Below, one piece after another: positions 33,101 through 39,654 of a stretch of 64,000 nt of DNA; positions within the stretch are counted from its first letter, which is position 1, and each line of letters begins with the position of its first letter. Position numbers and translations under genes: made by a program. This DNA is from a virus. The notes below the pieces were generated by a model. That model was given only the letters and a program-made list of their open reading frames with translations, ran no database searches and was not told the origin of the DNA. Where the stretch lies: the IMG/VR virus record IMGVR_UViG_3300048597_000118, positions 37,170 to 101,169 of that record, one strand, 5' to 3'.

Positions 33101-33716
33101 GGCATCTGATAACCTACAGACTGCTCGTATGCGCGACTACTTCCGTTACTATGATTCTCCTACTGAAGCTTTAGCCCGTGGTGTCCTTAATGAGACCATT
33201 TATCAAGGTATGGGTCGTATAGCTGCTGGTGCAGGCACGGCCATGGATGTAGTCAGAGGTCATGGTCTAGATAAACATGGCAATGCTATTGTTGGCGAAG
33301 CTTTAACTGTAGGAGATTCTAGTTTAAGTAGGATTATTACAGAAGTAGGTGCAGGACTTTTAGGTCGTGTAGTAGGTGGTGTGCTTAGTGGTAGACCAGT
33401 TAACCATGGTTTTTACAGTGCTACCGAAGATGACTTTGCTAACGAGTTAGTGTCAGCCGCCGCATCAGCAGCGGCCCAAGTGGTGAACTACGTTGGTGAC
33501 ACTATGGAAGACCTATGGGAAGGCGACCCGGGTGAAGTTAGTCTAGATGACGGCAACCATGTCAGCATGATAGACACCGATACTGGGGAAGCTCTAACTT
33601 TCACCGTGGCTAATCCAGATAAAATTAACGTCGCTTCTGCTTTGGATGAAGATGAATACCTTCAAATCATCCATGGTGACCAAGGAGCCGTTTCTACCTA
33701 CGAAGAGCTAGCTTAA
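18195..33716 (+). CDS. Giant tape-measure-position protein with two PLD-like domains and a putative two-barrel (virion) RNA polymerase
   Basis: Follows the frameshifting chaperone. HAK...SSQNLT (~19122-19210) and HSK...GSANFS (~19869-19943); NRQGMP (~28473) then GLGDYDGDSY (DYDGD at 28671-28685); long helical/coiled-coil C-terminal third. Confidence 0.7.
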   Translation: MSDFTYTSDPALQKLIELLKNQEIVQAVKEKLAASGPAMTATIFSRQLAQALNEVVSDKGLQAEYSITVELVDAYLKSENRERDVFPEQQAQWARLRSNVAGHSITADFVEDVHTKHLDPYKAIKDFSDKFKGNVETKGFASSIGARGLNVDQSSERTFTYYDDNARFQGNRLAESIDSDGRFSRQLKLTSDSYATPQGYISRPATQDYYNLFADKERSGMGFRGSIFQVQEAGFMSGITQRTGSTELVTQRLSSVQVISAAYDKEEEASSPMNLYGSNDVSIYASEVLAERHKRPLKMMGIEMPGGSVHAKLGYWYKEGTAGDVNDVQSFFISSQNLTHTLSRSNTVEDMLLINRPSDEAGLSTFNSVAKELKIAADALISVARDQAQNNTAITSLSDISASRSFFRRFTDNITAAAGTEVNKENRTIFANQEIKGQFSRMFKEAAESKSNKLIITQQYFEQSLIGREGDFGSTLLSDSDVGYLQSLASRGGIKIGVTGSSMGGDSQGLFSLLDKFEAAKPGKLTGSQLKRYNLLKTLISGQPGQESAFTLMPSQYLHSKSMAMFSGSGRLLEYALGSANFSEKALVPASRQEPSDEFGLKTTDNIEVAGFFRTKNNSLSLLSKADQQRIKDNYFYGIGRYQEGKESEEEIDDPNGRLINRYGRDLRHRYQGAQVQQKGSAKFVKSAIEMIEGMGGKEYSAEGSSDALFRYKKEYILDSQSDSGYRLVGLKLNIAQPISSGKDYSISLTIGSEFKSIQTGRGGGYKTVESPMVYINKTQRFMTGAVFKNATDTTFHFMRYNELDGKIGLAALKPQESYEANSLDVLGGFLTTMQTSMNYEAKVRGIAYTYEALGADIMKKSAERVIAEKVTALYLYSSAGETPTETQIRTVLDARRQGLGALLSLVQKSGRLGDVLQNTQYDFSGNITKSDIIPNNWGDSSAVRRERRVGLQNIFKDVIRDANSANTQDLAKKLVNNFNAALQKSVGLLPDDIRDYTSGFTGQYNDIIMQIFAATPVGMQIYKDAVSAGYSESYSRQVDAYSQPHTENYSHGQSLHSKPVVGITPENMDLFRLVSPMLGANPDAVGGKVGGLILNPYPLSHGEQLGNSTGGQYLRTVSKSVGRAQVQPFTQQIGGLTKIQGGAPVVYNMLGVASSMPTLQAIDRQGYKERSAQVLSKMGLKDAEATNIVKSLESQTFDPVFGGKSKEEDEEAKEYDLLYYFPYAKTEQIMQRMKNLLSTRPMFDASREFIDYSYSLGLLGRYSNYQMEGGDKKDFLTSPSDLIGGRLLDSMPIQQFESIVARTEAKYTDKQREAATEYKKILSDPKASREQKIAAGRALQEIDQPIMLQLAKDNAIDVYAVGKGYMGSERPRLNILVAGATQLADYGIYNTSYRKDTYKYGMKLLKPHPVQTNITLSGGQIGPASLQSAVQKYLQPGTVFIARDTTIQHTQVIQAFNEQLKDALEVSVKEVGVTKGLEAVKFSVDTSSSLTRQSIRQSIVTALGSANIDNTEIDAIYKGAVAKLRGENQGIRVITDYKTGQVGYVLGRGAYQSGRQVGEVSSLNTTNVKIGDLDPGDAAFKMWGFMSYDGGHAQPLQIRVPAITGDELNSISVLGETTVIAMTGNTATIDTQFYNVEDFMSGMRAGSIIPKGPMKGGKRELFEAAVGLIGQESINLLPSTVKGPGETSIKAEDVYSMISPSQVKAFNFEIGLMMLADKQESGIYKRLTDADTGGVNVAMALSMLFLNSKADDIGGKDNLAMLYDRLSNTLSSEQRDGKSAYGKQYAAALRAKKSLLKLGQTDSTTAFTSFSSAPGSASLAMFSALAGFGKWTSDSESIESALLNQIITALGTDKKEAEAAQKRLSDAAKGLMDYAFAEKSRGGVIIEDFETKPLGLLSFLTKASADIYRDLDKEQLRKTRALGEVILSSKSLFTSPESLIVDVDGLDETYKKSRDSVLVALSNLFSVGESTSRRKQIQVEMQRRKAYLLAGEIHKISGGDIDAAQRILNPTLSVDEFLTRAGIAQQRRILPEGMKPRTGLESRFATVDLWSSMQSMYAKSGSEPSLKQLGVREFNPYLEAINQLVGKGQTQRSVLDDLIASTGSTATDSQKTLRSNFEDTLRKLVVRRSAMGPQLLEVQERLEKLGITDFSANSEFGKLLGSYQEGIVESIDTYEVSKVSTVDALMGFYSSTEAYAGLADETIQKAMLTQAQRMGYSLPSQKLIRSILDKISKSTQDSDITEGEYRALKEVELVFEGITAAIQQARTITLPMETNFSKISTPAGSKDSTALEGHLSRSMTERQLKQYTYALEEFADLTSVQNALMSLTKAYYGSIPNAKQRQSLISMDLSNINSWRWNDLERNKQGKLVRSQGEAKGQTQDAHSKQFLWDYLANYNSLYRNALPGEDSEVGFSRISIDNFINTGRAQTDVMSTMERINIIAYGPAGKSDDPAEELQRRATNSATFTFDELSEGISRKRTTDKLVKLASSGLDQYLAYIDSTDLPESDKKAVSEILAKERGLYKSQINYFVAESIKGKRSKDEILGDDIFRQGIDDAEVQRIKPFIPGDRGILGYFNFLEESLTPLKESESKTWLSTVLSGDSARANAKLRQDEIERLAAPGGNIHQKIQHAQAQDQGAAYLEGMKSIYKTLQGMPTGRKSVSTRGRRINALKRSIEKTQFISLYSYEIASTEGGLLRLQHRTNMRGEKYSETGLILGLDVLEKMSLLFQNSSHEALVAQQDLVTKLAAAKNIIDRVETGLVKGYLGEEVDVKATGVTQEEWQQLRDLQQAMMASKITAVSILQNENSIRQATGNRLNMMGSSFIAMNSFLVGATEVALGARFDSAAGVTTAGGYMRFMANVAPRTRDMDKYLLVDPDQRKFLIGHYKEEHDLQKQIAAAEEIGAADKVQALTNELRRWQDLLSMDPENQVTSLNEKLLSIDEQIARQKNTVEFKSLVDPASKRDAEERLNALQKKRGMISDTASAITKRVGSYVAPIQKTKISESQLSTFEELYGHLKTIEAHGESQATFGGSEDESKDKLLSMLSRLESLIAGAESDEGMDIASYRLFKSEDIFSYVGRGQNALKSIVSSVVDITSYEGSNSDQPLVTTKQRSDAVKQTTDNIIKEFSDIDLSIKQQSMGQDATKTARVSQVNKVAEAAKMKDLYSDLSKVKESKQYDRKTLSKVLQVLRYSGDQITDGGLTVTDSVISTIFSSFDRLNKGESLDIDTYRLFNLDGGDHRKAFDGFLGKILTMSEQGTFTADEANQLLDSEDKNHKKAFKDFLDKVLTKTKKDPSLAGDVYKLFEVEGEKYRNIYDQGVYNSFLSKLLTKAKKESFAADRAYQKLGKWHDLLSDYALAYAEGEGDSGKARTFTQAELLEAYESSGKSRTLIELELITGQTVTSQNRNEVMAKVDSHFLRSDILANRQGMPSYAAAGPRGVAAAISSLQGVTMEEMRKRGQLVNSLFTPDESADNTLMMISAFGFQFMGLGDYDGDSYQAALSSVTKAQSTIARTNEELTTLEERLNRLKKDRKQQEERRAIVKTSADTEERSRVNKRIEELNQQIRITEAKRRQVKDSNYRATRDLRDINREARETQSVKSGKAYKGLRSYVSSYLALPSYLFGDSVTGSDDTSIYEFGLQDDELAGTVKQYRDTISGYSDRSTDSTNSVGAFAWLKTAKGGAVAIDKSGKLDFDVDGIRKSRGSTASTMTINKMVAAAEQWNQALIKEKIHEKIAKNSALDEAKARQSVIEDIQKMSVDSYMKEVTEFQNRSEAIFMSMSTSGKIFTNVAGSQISPADLNSIQSIMGTTGGGLLGKVYNTVVPSAATQLTDSLMNRMMSNDSVRADFLRSVSNLQESASGYTSVSVLGNTLGKIAESLGSMTNVGGVPWELSMADKEAKASTAYRFMLTTQQYLRDAALKPKGKVGLVEMARKFRLSASAISQITDLGIQGIDEDVLSKTVGYDSLLKLQPQAAEEEVSRQFLDIISQDFLGAKAGEVLSYSYDKSKANTSADVDADMTAFAMLKLLTDYTGSRAMTASEMMEKGHYSASLKASRDELSSKLTTHSQQVTEYLESKKGTDNTRIEAAKQELRNVGVKPEMVDRVVKGQSNSWYIDDDAFVQNTIANLIGKFQSQFLGGNSVADDFKSVDPLSTERTLYTHGLEVEVDESGDSPTYKIVRREDSDKTIRRNAAYQMQDKVDAYNRKFNLSGQDALQVTDLVKTDDKGNFIDWDLETASSKIKERAKQEALRKLNKTLGLEHSAELQLSAEEATRLSSGDIGMAQADLRTRLDGVKGVSNLDRLATETESNAKSYLEILGNKQSESKAGKAALKQINEGRATEDAFTSVDQARAWSTKVLENENRLLADLNSINEAKSATQQELQTIESRRKRVQRVDSTVNQSADAFKSWQTTSDTIDAQVDSFEATMRQNMENRVSELTSNRDAIETEAEGRNMSVDEVAATTFRTLQEITTRNQADDLMDVLVKTKKLNQAVQGVVTEGQSEQFAAVKDSLISANNLTSLTLLESMEILGGEVTAHAQGIDSAKLNQASLAQAMSTGLTNVLEAVRTYSDSLSDGSQFDNKLGGAIMSFLSMGGVLPDEISQIVNQNVAQQVGTTKDYVEQMQTEQGRTALANKLAKYGGSDLDITTAEGQVEAANRIVRGQTDELQTGVLKNLMRAGVIDAIASGSGFTGHMSKWSDLMQDTIELGNMDPANLSESQQSILDTARQMPTPEYQWGQRLEASQEMVDRFNSGLEKRGVKQRINANQLSRLANSDNTMTVLEELGLNKDTKVATQLGAQLEEFRSEQRTESVLQTPDTVRNPGVAPSMSTPAVEDLSGGNTGLGSSRPQDMQMLSIDKEQEMVRQTLADVHRTRHVREKEAEQSKAESALRRNYGFTEALSILAIPALFAAMQGDIPVTEQVGGLVQDVVTSTLTSGTFEQSATSLMLADGKSEEERAARLAQVRRASDNLQTARMRDYFRYYDSPTEALARGVLNETIYQGMGRIAAGAGTAMDVVRGHGLDKHGNAIVGEALTVGDSSLSRIITEVGAGLLGRVVGGVLSGRPVNHGFYSATEDDFANELVSAAASAAAQVVNYVGDTMEDLWEGDPGEVSLDDGNHVSMIDTDTGEALTFTVANPDKINVASALDEDEYLQIIHGDQGAVSTYEELA

Positions 33717-33739
33717 CTTAGAACCTTAATTATTTAGTC

Positions 33740-34414
33740 ATGGCTAAAATACCCGTCGTAAATTCTCACTTACTTCACAACCAAGACTTACTAGAGGAAG
33801 ATTGGTTACCCAGAAATGACGCGCCCAAACGTTCTTGTTTTTTAAACGACTGGCTTGACCAAACCTGGACTCTACAAGAAGTGTTAGACCTGATGGCTAA
33901 GCCTAACAGCCTGGCCTGGGGTTTTGGGCACACTAGTCCTTGGCCATTAGACATTTGGTCTGAGCCGGTATTACCTTGGACTAAACAACAACAAGAATGT
34001 TTTGGTTATATAAAGGCCCGTGGTTATGTAGTGACTGCCTTAGAAAATGGTGAATATGAGCGAGTGCCGTTGGTACCAGGCACTACGGATTTAGTTGATG
34101 AAGAGTATGATGAGCCCGGCGATTATTGGTTAGTCATGGTAAATGGTAAGCTCAAACATGATGATATTAAAGCGGCTAGTGCTCCTATAGCGTATAGGTC
34201 TATAGGACTTTACGAGAGCGTTAAGTATAAAGTCACTGACCCTGTTAAGTTAGCGGCTGGTTATGATACCAGGACTAACCCTTGGTTTATGACCCATGAG
34301 TTGTCAGGTAATTTGGTATGGTTACAGCACTTAGACCCGCCGAGATATATCACCCCTAGGTTAGAAGTGGATATCAACGTTTTACTAAGGTTTAAGAAGG
34401 CTCCAGTAATATGA
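33740..34414 (+). CDS. Hypothetical tail/baseplate-region protein
   Basis: 224-aa ORF directly after the tape-measure-position gene. Confidence 0.55.
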   Translation: MAKIPVVNSHLLHNQDLLEEDWLPRNDAPKRSCFLNDWLDQTWTLQEVLDLMAKPNSLAWGFGHTSPWPLDIWSEPVLPWTKQQQECFGYIKARGYVVTALENGEYERVPLVPGTTDLVDEEYDEPGDYWLVMVNGKLKHDDIKAASAPIAYRSIGLYESVKYKVTDPVKLAAGYDTRTNPWFMTHELSGNLVWLQHLDPPRYITPRLEVDINVLLRFKKAPVI

Positions 34415-35973
34415 ATCCAGATGAATTAGCCGCCGCCCTAGTTGCCACTCTAAACAGTAGTGGCTCTTTAGACCGTAGGACACTAGAGACCAAGGCGGCT
34501 AATACTCTTGCTGACCTTTTAGACGAGTGGAGTCTAACAGAAAGTAAAGTAGGCAGTATTATTCAAACTGCTCTCGACGAGTATGTGCCTGACACTATTG
34601 CTTTAAACGAAGCTCAACAGTTAGCTGTAATAGATAACGTCGTTGACTATGTAGACATTTGGGCTCAGTCTACTGAACAGCAAATAGCTCAGACAAAAGA
34701 AGTCATACAAAACCTACTGACAGCTTGGGAATTATCTGAAATAACTGACGAAGTAGTTAGTGATATTGCAGGCTCTGTCATATCCCTTATTGATGAACAA
34801 AAACTAGTAAACGACCAAAAAGCTGAGCAAGTAGCTGAACAAGTAGTAAATGAAGTTATAGAGTCCTGGGAATCGGAAAACTTAGAATTAACACCGGCGC
34901 AAGAACAGGCTTTAGTGCAAGCAGTCACGGAGAATCTTACTCCAGTAGAATATGTTGGTCCTGGTCAGGGCGGCGGCAATCAATCCATAGGCTCTTTACT
35001 TATAGCTGGTTCTATTGGCGCGGCTATTTCTGCTGTGGTTCTAAGTTTGACTCGTTCTGGGTCCATATCTACAACAGAGCAGCCACAAGTGGTAGCTGAG
35101 ATAATCGGTCAGATGATGGACTCTGGTGATATAGATGAGGCTCAGCAAGAACAAGGTATGGTCTCGGCTATCATAGCTGCGTTAGTCAGTTCTGGTCAGT
35201 TAAGTGGTGTGGACTCTATAGAGCAAATACAATCTATTATGGTCACCCCAGCGCCGCCGGCCCAACCAATAACTAACACTGATTTTAAATGGGAAGATGT
35301 CAGAGAAGCTCTAACAGTAGAAATAACAGAAGCAGACCGACGTATAGGTACCCAACCTACTAACGAAGACTTCCGCTATAACCCTAAAGACATATTTACA
35401 ATCACTTACCGAGACCATAAAAACGTTCAGAAGACATTTACCTTTGACTTGTTGCCTGCTGTAGAGGCACGAGGTTCTGGTATCCCAGGAGGCTCAGATG
35501 TTCCTGAAGTAAAACCTGGTTTGTTACGGGTTGTAGAAACTCGCCATAAGAATATAATCGTGCCTGGCGCGGCACCAGTTCAACAATCTATAGGTCTGAA
35601 GTCCACCATTATTAACTTGGTAGGTATGTTTAGTGGGCTAGAAACCTCCACTGTAGGAACGTCCCCAGCTATACCTGGTCGATCTCAAGAGAACGATGTA
35701 TTTTTGGCAGAGTCTGGTCCGAACGGCGTTTATAAACCAGAACCACCTAGTAAAGCTCCTGGCACAGCGGACGCCTTCTACCGTGAGGTAGTATCCCCAA
35801 TGACTGAAGTAAAAGTTTATGTACAGGTATCTAACGGGAATGAAGGCGTAACTAAATTAACTTATTACGGCGTTATTATCCGCTTTAAAGACTATTACGC
35901 CAGGGAAAACCGGGTTTACTACGTCATCGACCTACTCTTAACTCGTTATCCCATACAAGGCTCTGGAGGCTAA
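34411..35973 (+). CDS. Putative tail tube initiator/baseplate protein with acidic helical N-terminus
   Basis: C-terminal domain (HKNIIVPGAAPVQQSIG...INLVGMF) resembles GpU-like tube initiators; possible TM segment SIGSLLIAGSIGAAISAVVLSL; ATGA overlap with the upstream gene. Confidence 0.4.
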   Translation: MNPDELAAALVATLNSSGSLDRRTLETKAANTLADLLDEWSLTESKVGSIIQTALDEYVPDTIALNEAQQLAVIDNVVDYVDIWAQSTEQQIAQTKEVIQNLLTAWELSEITDEVVSDIAGSVISLIDEQKLVNDQKAEQVAEQVVNEVIESWESENLELTPAQEQALVQAVTENLTPVEYVGPGQGGGNQSIGSLLIAGSIGAAISAVVLSLTRSGSISTTEQPQVVAEIIGQMMDSGDIDEAQQEQGMVSAIIAALVSSGQLSGVDSIEQIQSIMVTPAPPAQPITNTDFKWEDVREALTVEITEADRRIGTQPTNEDFRYNPKDIFTITYRDHKNVQKTFTFDLLPAVEARGSGIPGGSDVPEVKPGLLRVVETRHKNIIVPGAAPVQQSIGLKSTIINLVGMFSGLETSTVGTSPAIPGRSQENDVFLAESGPNGVYKPEPPSKAPGTADAFYREVVSPMTEVKVYVQVSNGNEGVTKLTYYGVIIRFKDYYARENRVYYVIDLLLTRYPIQGSGG

Positions 35974-35978
35974 CCATA

Positions 35979-36866
35979 ATGGCTCTGAATACTATTGCAG
36001 ACACTATTAGATTAATGACCGCCGAATGGCCCATCCGTAATAACTTCGGTGAGGTCTTGGAAGACCCAGAAACTCTGGCAGACGCCACTATAGGTTGGTA
36101 TGGACCCACTTGGTTTGCTTCTTCCACTTATCTTAAAGGCGGCGTTCCTTATTACTTAGTAGACCTTGGCGACCCCAATTTAGGCGGTTATACTCCCGGC
36201 ACAAAATGTAAGGTATTTGACTACCGTTGGCGTCATGCTCTGACCATTGAGCCGATCAGTAACCGTTCTATAGACAACGTTGAAGGATATTGGTGGGGTT
36301 TTAGCCAAGCAGAGCGGGAATTAGTAGAAAATGCTGTCCACGGTAGTCGTTGGTTTCTCACTTGTAATGATGTTCTTAGTCAGTTCTTTATAGACAAAAG
36401 TATGGGTCCTGGTATGGCTCAAGCCCGTGCCAAATATATCGAAGGTCTACGCGTTAGATTAGGCGGTTCTCTAGTCTTAGCTCATGAAGCATTTATAGAC
36501 GGATATACACAAGGAGACTATTGGACTTACGTCTTGATGGATACAGGGGCCGGCGCTGTTAAAACGGCGGAAGAATTCTTTAAAGCTAAAGGACAACAAC
36601 GTTTCGTCAATAAATATAAGTCCGGCTCTCCTAGTTATGTAAGAGTGCCATTAGGTCAAGATGCCTGGGTAGTTATGACTAACGCCGCCACTGGCGAGGT
36701 CATACCTTTAGAAGTATTACCTGAAGTCCCTGGAGTGGGACCCAATCCTATTTCAGTTAATCACTGGGCTCGGGTAAGTGATTGGGGTGGTGTACATTTG
36801 GGCGGTGACCGACGAGTTAGAAAAGGCGAGCGGTTAAAGGTCTATCTCGCCGCCGCGCCAGTGTAA
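35979..36866 (+). CDS. Hypothetical protein (probably structural)
   Basis: 295-aa ORF ending the + strand tail operon. Confidence 0.55.
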   Translation: MALNTIADTIRLMTAEWPIRNNFGEVLEDPETLADATIGWYGPTWFASSTYLKGGVPYYLVDLGDPNLGGYTPGTKCKVFDYRWRHALTIEPISNRSIDNVEGYWWGFSQAERELVENAVHGSRWFLTCNDVLSQFFIDKSMGPGMAQARAKYIEGLRVRLGGSLVLAHEAFIDGYTQGDYWTYVLMDTGAGAVKTAEEFFKAKGQQRFVNKYKSGSPSYVRVPLGQDAWVVMTNAATGEVIPLEVLPEVPGVGPNPISVNHWARVSDWGGVHLGGDRRVRKGERLKVYLAAAPV

Positions 36867-37160
36867 CCCAATATTGGGTAATGACTCGGCTATCCTTGTC
36901 AATATTGTGTACAACACGGATAGCTGAGCCATTTGCACAAGACTCGGTCCATATACCTCTAGCCGACGTATTTGTTTAGTGACGTCATCTATATGCTTCA
37001 TGTCATGGAAGTCTACGAGGTATTGAATAACGTCGGTTGTTTTCTCTAAGTTTAATTCGGCGGCTATTTCTTTGAGTCTGTTTTGGTAATGAGCCTTGGG
37101 CTTTCTAAAGTCTATGGGGTCTGGGCGCTTTGGCGGCTTCCTTCTATTTACTCTCGGCAT
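36834..37160 (-). CDS. Small basic putative DNA-binding protein
   Basis: RLKEIAAELNL..TTDVIQYLVD is RHH-like; basic N-terminus. Confidence 0.45.
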   Translation of the reverse strand: MPRVNRRKPPKRPDPIDFRKPKAHYQNRLKEIAAELNLEKTTDVIQYLVDFHDMKHIDDVTKQIRRLEVYGPSLVQMAQLSVLYTILTRIAESLPNIGLHWRGGEIDL

Positions 37161-37534
37161 GGATTTCTAAATTGTAGAGACAGCTTTAGGAGATAGTTGG
37201 CGTCAGTAGCTTTAGCCTTATTTAACGTGACAAATACGTCTAAGAAATCTTTGCTTAGTGTTGGTGCAGCCTTAACGTAAGAAATGACGTTATTCAGAGA
37301 ATAAGAATGTTTCCATGGCCGGCGAGCTCTTACAGCTTCGTAAGCGTCGCCTATACGAGTTTCATCTTTAGATAACCATACGTGTGTAGGTGCCAAGCGG
37401 ACATGTCGTAGTACCCAGACGTAGTCCTTCGTAGCCAATTCATAGAGGCCTTGAACTTCCGATATGTTAACCATGGTAAAAGAATAGAATGGGGCTTTGC
37501 TTTCAGTTTGGAATATACATAATATTCCTCCCAC
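37148..37534 (-). CDS. Hypothetical protein
   Basis: 128-aa ORF in a minus-strand operon. Confidence 0.5.
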   Translation of the reverse strand: MGGILCIFQTESKAPFYSFTMVNISEVQGLYELATKDYVWVLRHVRLAPTHVWLSKDETRIGDAYEAVRARRPWKHSYSLNNVISYVKAAPTLSKDFLDVFVTLNKAKATDANYLLKLSLQFRNPCRE

Positions 37535-37541
37535 CGGAGAC

Positions 37542-38429
37542 CTAACAGCTTACACCCTCCGGCAGCGCAGCCCTAGCCCTCAAATGGCGCTGAGAGCACA
37601 GGACATACGCCGGGTAGTAACGGTACGGCAGCATCTTCAAAGGAAGACGACCACACCGCTCACCATCAGGCAACTTAATCTGCTTTGGGGCAAAGAAGCC
37701 TGATTCAAGTGGGCTGCCAAAATTCTCTGACGCTTCAAACACAGCGCGATGCCAATACTTCCAACTAACCCGCTGGGCTACTTGGAGTTTTTCTTTAACA
37801 TTACTCAGTAAACCTTGGGCACAAGACCATGAGATGTTTAAAGATTTGGCCACGCCATTAATCGAAGCACCATAAGTGGCGGGGGTAGAACTCAACAACG
37901 CAACTTTCTGGCCATTAAACTCAAAGTAGCCCTTAATCTTGTTCTTTCTAGCAGCCCGACTCCCTGGGAATATATCAGACAGCGGGTTACCTTCAGAATC
38001 AAAATATAACTCTGGTTTAATAATCAGAGCGTTAGGGTCACTCAGCTCGGCCAAATACATTGACTGCTGTTGAATCTTTATCGCCTCAATATGGGCCGCT
38101 TGCACAGCTAAGTTATCTACTGTGTCAGACCACCCAATCCCTCCTAATCCTCTTACTCTTAATTCAGCACATACCGCAGGCAAACTCCTATACATAATCA
38201 CATAGGACTTTAGCTTACGGTCATACCGATAAGTATGGAAAAGTCTACGGTCGTTTAGGTACCGCCAGGTGGTAGTATTACCACGACGACATAACTCCTT
38301 CACTTCCTTTGCACTCACTACAGCTCGTCCAGACCCATTTAGGTCTAAAGCCCTAGCTAGATACCATAACTTTAAAGCTGGCACCTCTAGAACTTTAATG
38401 GCTAACTTGGCGTGAATGCGGACTTCCAA
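37542..38429 (-). CDS. Hypothetical basic protein with HTH-like segments
   Basis: 295 aa; GASINGVAKSLNISWSCAQ is HTH-like; TATAAT upstream on the minus strand. Confidence 0.55.
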   Translation of the reverse strand: MEVRIHAKLAIKVLEVPALKLWYLARALDLNGSGRAVVSAKEVKELCRRGNTTTWRYLNDRRLFHTYRYDRKLKSYVIMYRSLPAVCAELRVRGLGGIGWSDTVDNLAVQAAHIEAIKIQQQSMYLAELSDPNALIIKPELYFDSEGNPLSDIFPGSRAARKNKIKGYFEFNGQKVALLSSTPATYGASINGVAKSLNISWSCAQGLLSNVKEKLQVAQRVSWKYWHRAVFEASENFGSPLESGFFAPKQIKLPDGERCGRLPLKMLPYRYYPAYVLCSQRHLRARAALPEGVSC

Positions 38430-38481
38430 AGAAGATTAGAAAAAAGACGATAAGCTAATTATATCATAGGTTTTCGAACGG

Positions 38482-38880
38482 TTAGAACTCACCTCCGCCG
38501 GCGACCCACGCCTTAATTACTTCCCTCAACACCGACGCACGTTCACTAGGCTCCGGCAAGACATCCTCTGCATAATACCGGACCACTGCATTTATTACCG
38601 CTGACGGTAAATACTCTACATCCTTATAATTAAACCCCGCTATTTCCCGTAATGACGGCGGTAATTCCTCAGGCTCACACATATATATACGCCAAAATAT
38701 TCCCCGGGGGCGCCGCCCAGCAACTCCCACCAAACGCTTATCCGTAAACGTAGACGTAGATACACCCAACATGCGGGCTAATCCTCGGATAGAGCAACAA
38801 TAATCGCCGGGCGGCTCCATTAAAGGAATCAACTCCATCAACACCGTAAAGCACACCGACTCTAACAAAGCCTCATCCAT
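38482..38880 (-). CDS. Putative DNA-binding protein, paralogue of the N-terminal domain of 44944..45759
   Basis: Shared CSIRG..R.L, LP.SL..IAGF.YK, LP..V....V.YYA.D with the AP2-domain protein. Confidence 0.6.
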   Translation of the reverse strand: MDEALLESVCFTVLMELIPLMEPPGDYCCSIRGLARMLGVSTSTFTDKRLVGVAGRRPRGIFWRIYMCEPEELPPSLREIAGFNYKDVEYLPSAVINAVVRYYAEDVLPEPSERASVLREVIKAWVAGGGEF

Positions 38881-38928
38881 AACCGACTAATATCGTAAGT
38901 AAAGTATTAATCTTACCGCCGCCCTTAG

Positions 38929-39186
38929 ATGAAAGTAATTCATACTGTCCCTGATAATGACCGCGCCGGGCTTCAACATTACCTGACACCACGGTGCCAA
39001 TGCAACCCCTTCTATATACACGACCAACACCTCGTACACAACTCCTATGACCACCGAGAAGTCTTTGAAAAGCATTGGCGCCGGCTTCCACTAGATAAGC
39101 TACTACTAAGACTCTGGCTAATACTCACTAATCAAGTCCCAGACCTAGAAAACACCACTTGGACTAATTGGGAGGTGGAAGATTAA
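38929..39186 (+). CDS. Small His/Cys metal-binding phage protein
   Basis: HTVPDND...H...CQCNP...VHNSYD.RE motif seen in phage hypothetical proteins. Confidence 0.6.
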   Translation: MKVIHTVPDNDRAGLQHYLTPRCQCNPFYIHDQHLVHNSYDHREVFEKHWRRLPLDKLLLRLWLILTNQVPDLENTTWTNWEVED

Positions 39187-39619
39187 CCGTCACCTTGCCG
39201 TCTATATTGATCTGTAAAGACCGCGCGCCGCCGGCTAAATCAAACAAGTAGTCACTAAAGTAGTCTGACTCTTGTTGCGTGATGTCTAAAACTACATTAT
39301 TAATGTCCTTGGTCTTTATACTTACCTGCCCTGAAGTGTAACTAATGTCGAACGCTTTGGCACCAAACATAGCATGGTGGGCTAATCTACCAGTCACAGA
39401 CTCCAAATGCTTAGCTCGTAGCTCTGCCGTAGGAAATAAACAAAGCATATCTTCCTTGGTTAAACGTAATTCACCTGTAAGAGCCTCAGGACAATATACA
39501 ACCATGGTTTTCCTAATAAGCTCTGTGGTGACGGCATACACCTTCGATAATGTATCTCTGTCTAGACAAAGTCCTTCCACAAGTTCGACGTGGTACTTAG
39601 TCAGTTCTGCTGGAGTCAT
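39164..39619 (-). CDS. Hypothetical protein
   Basis: 151-aa ORF with protein-like composition. Confidence 0.55.
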   Translation of the reverse strand: MTPAELTKYHVELVEGLCLDRDTLSKVYAVTTELIRKTMVVYCPEALTGELRLTKEDMLCLFPTAELRAKHLESVTGRLAHHAMFGAKAFDISYTSGQVSIKTKDINNVVLDITQQESDYFSDYLFDLAGGARSLQINIDGKVTVNLPPPN

Positions 39620-39654
39620 GATTACAAACCATAAACAATAACCAAGCTAACATA

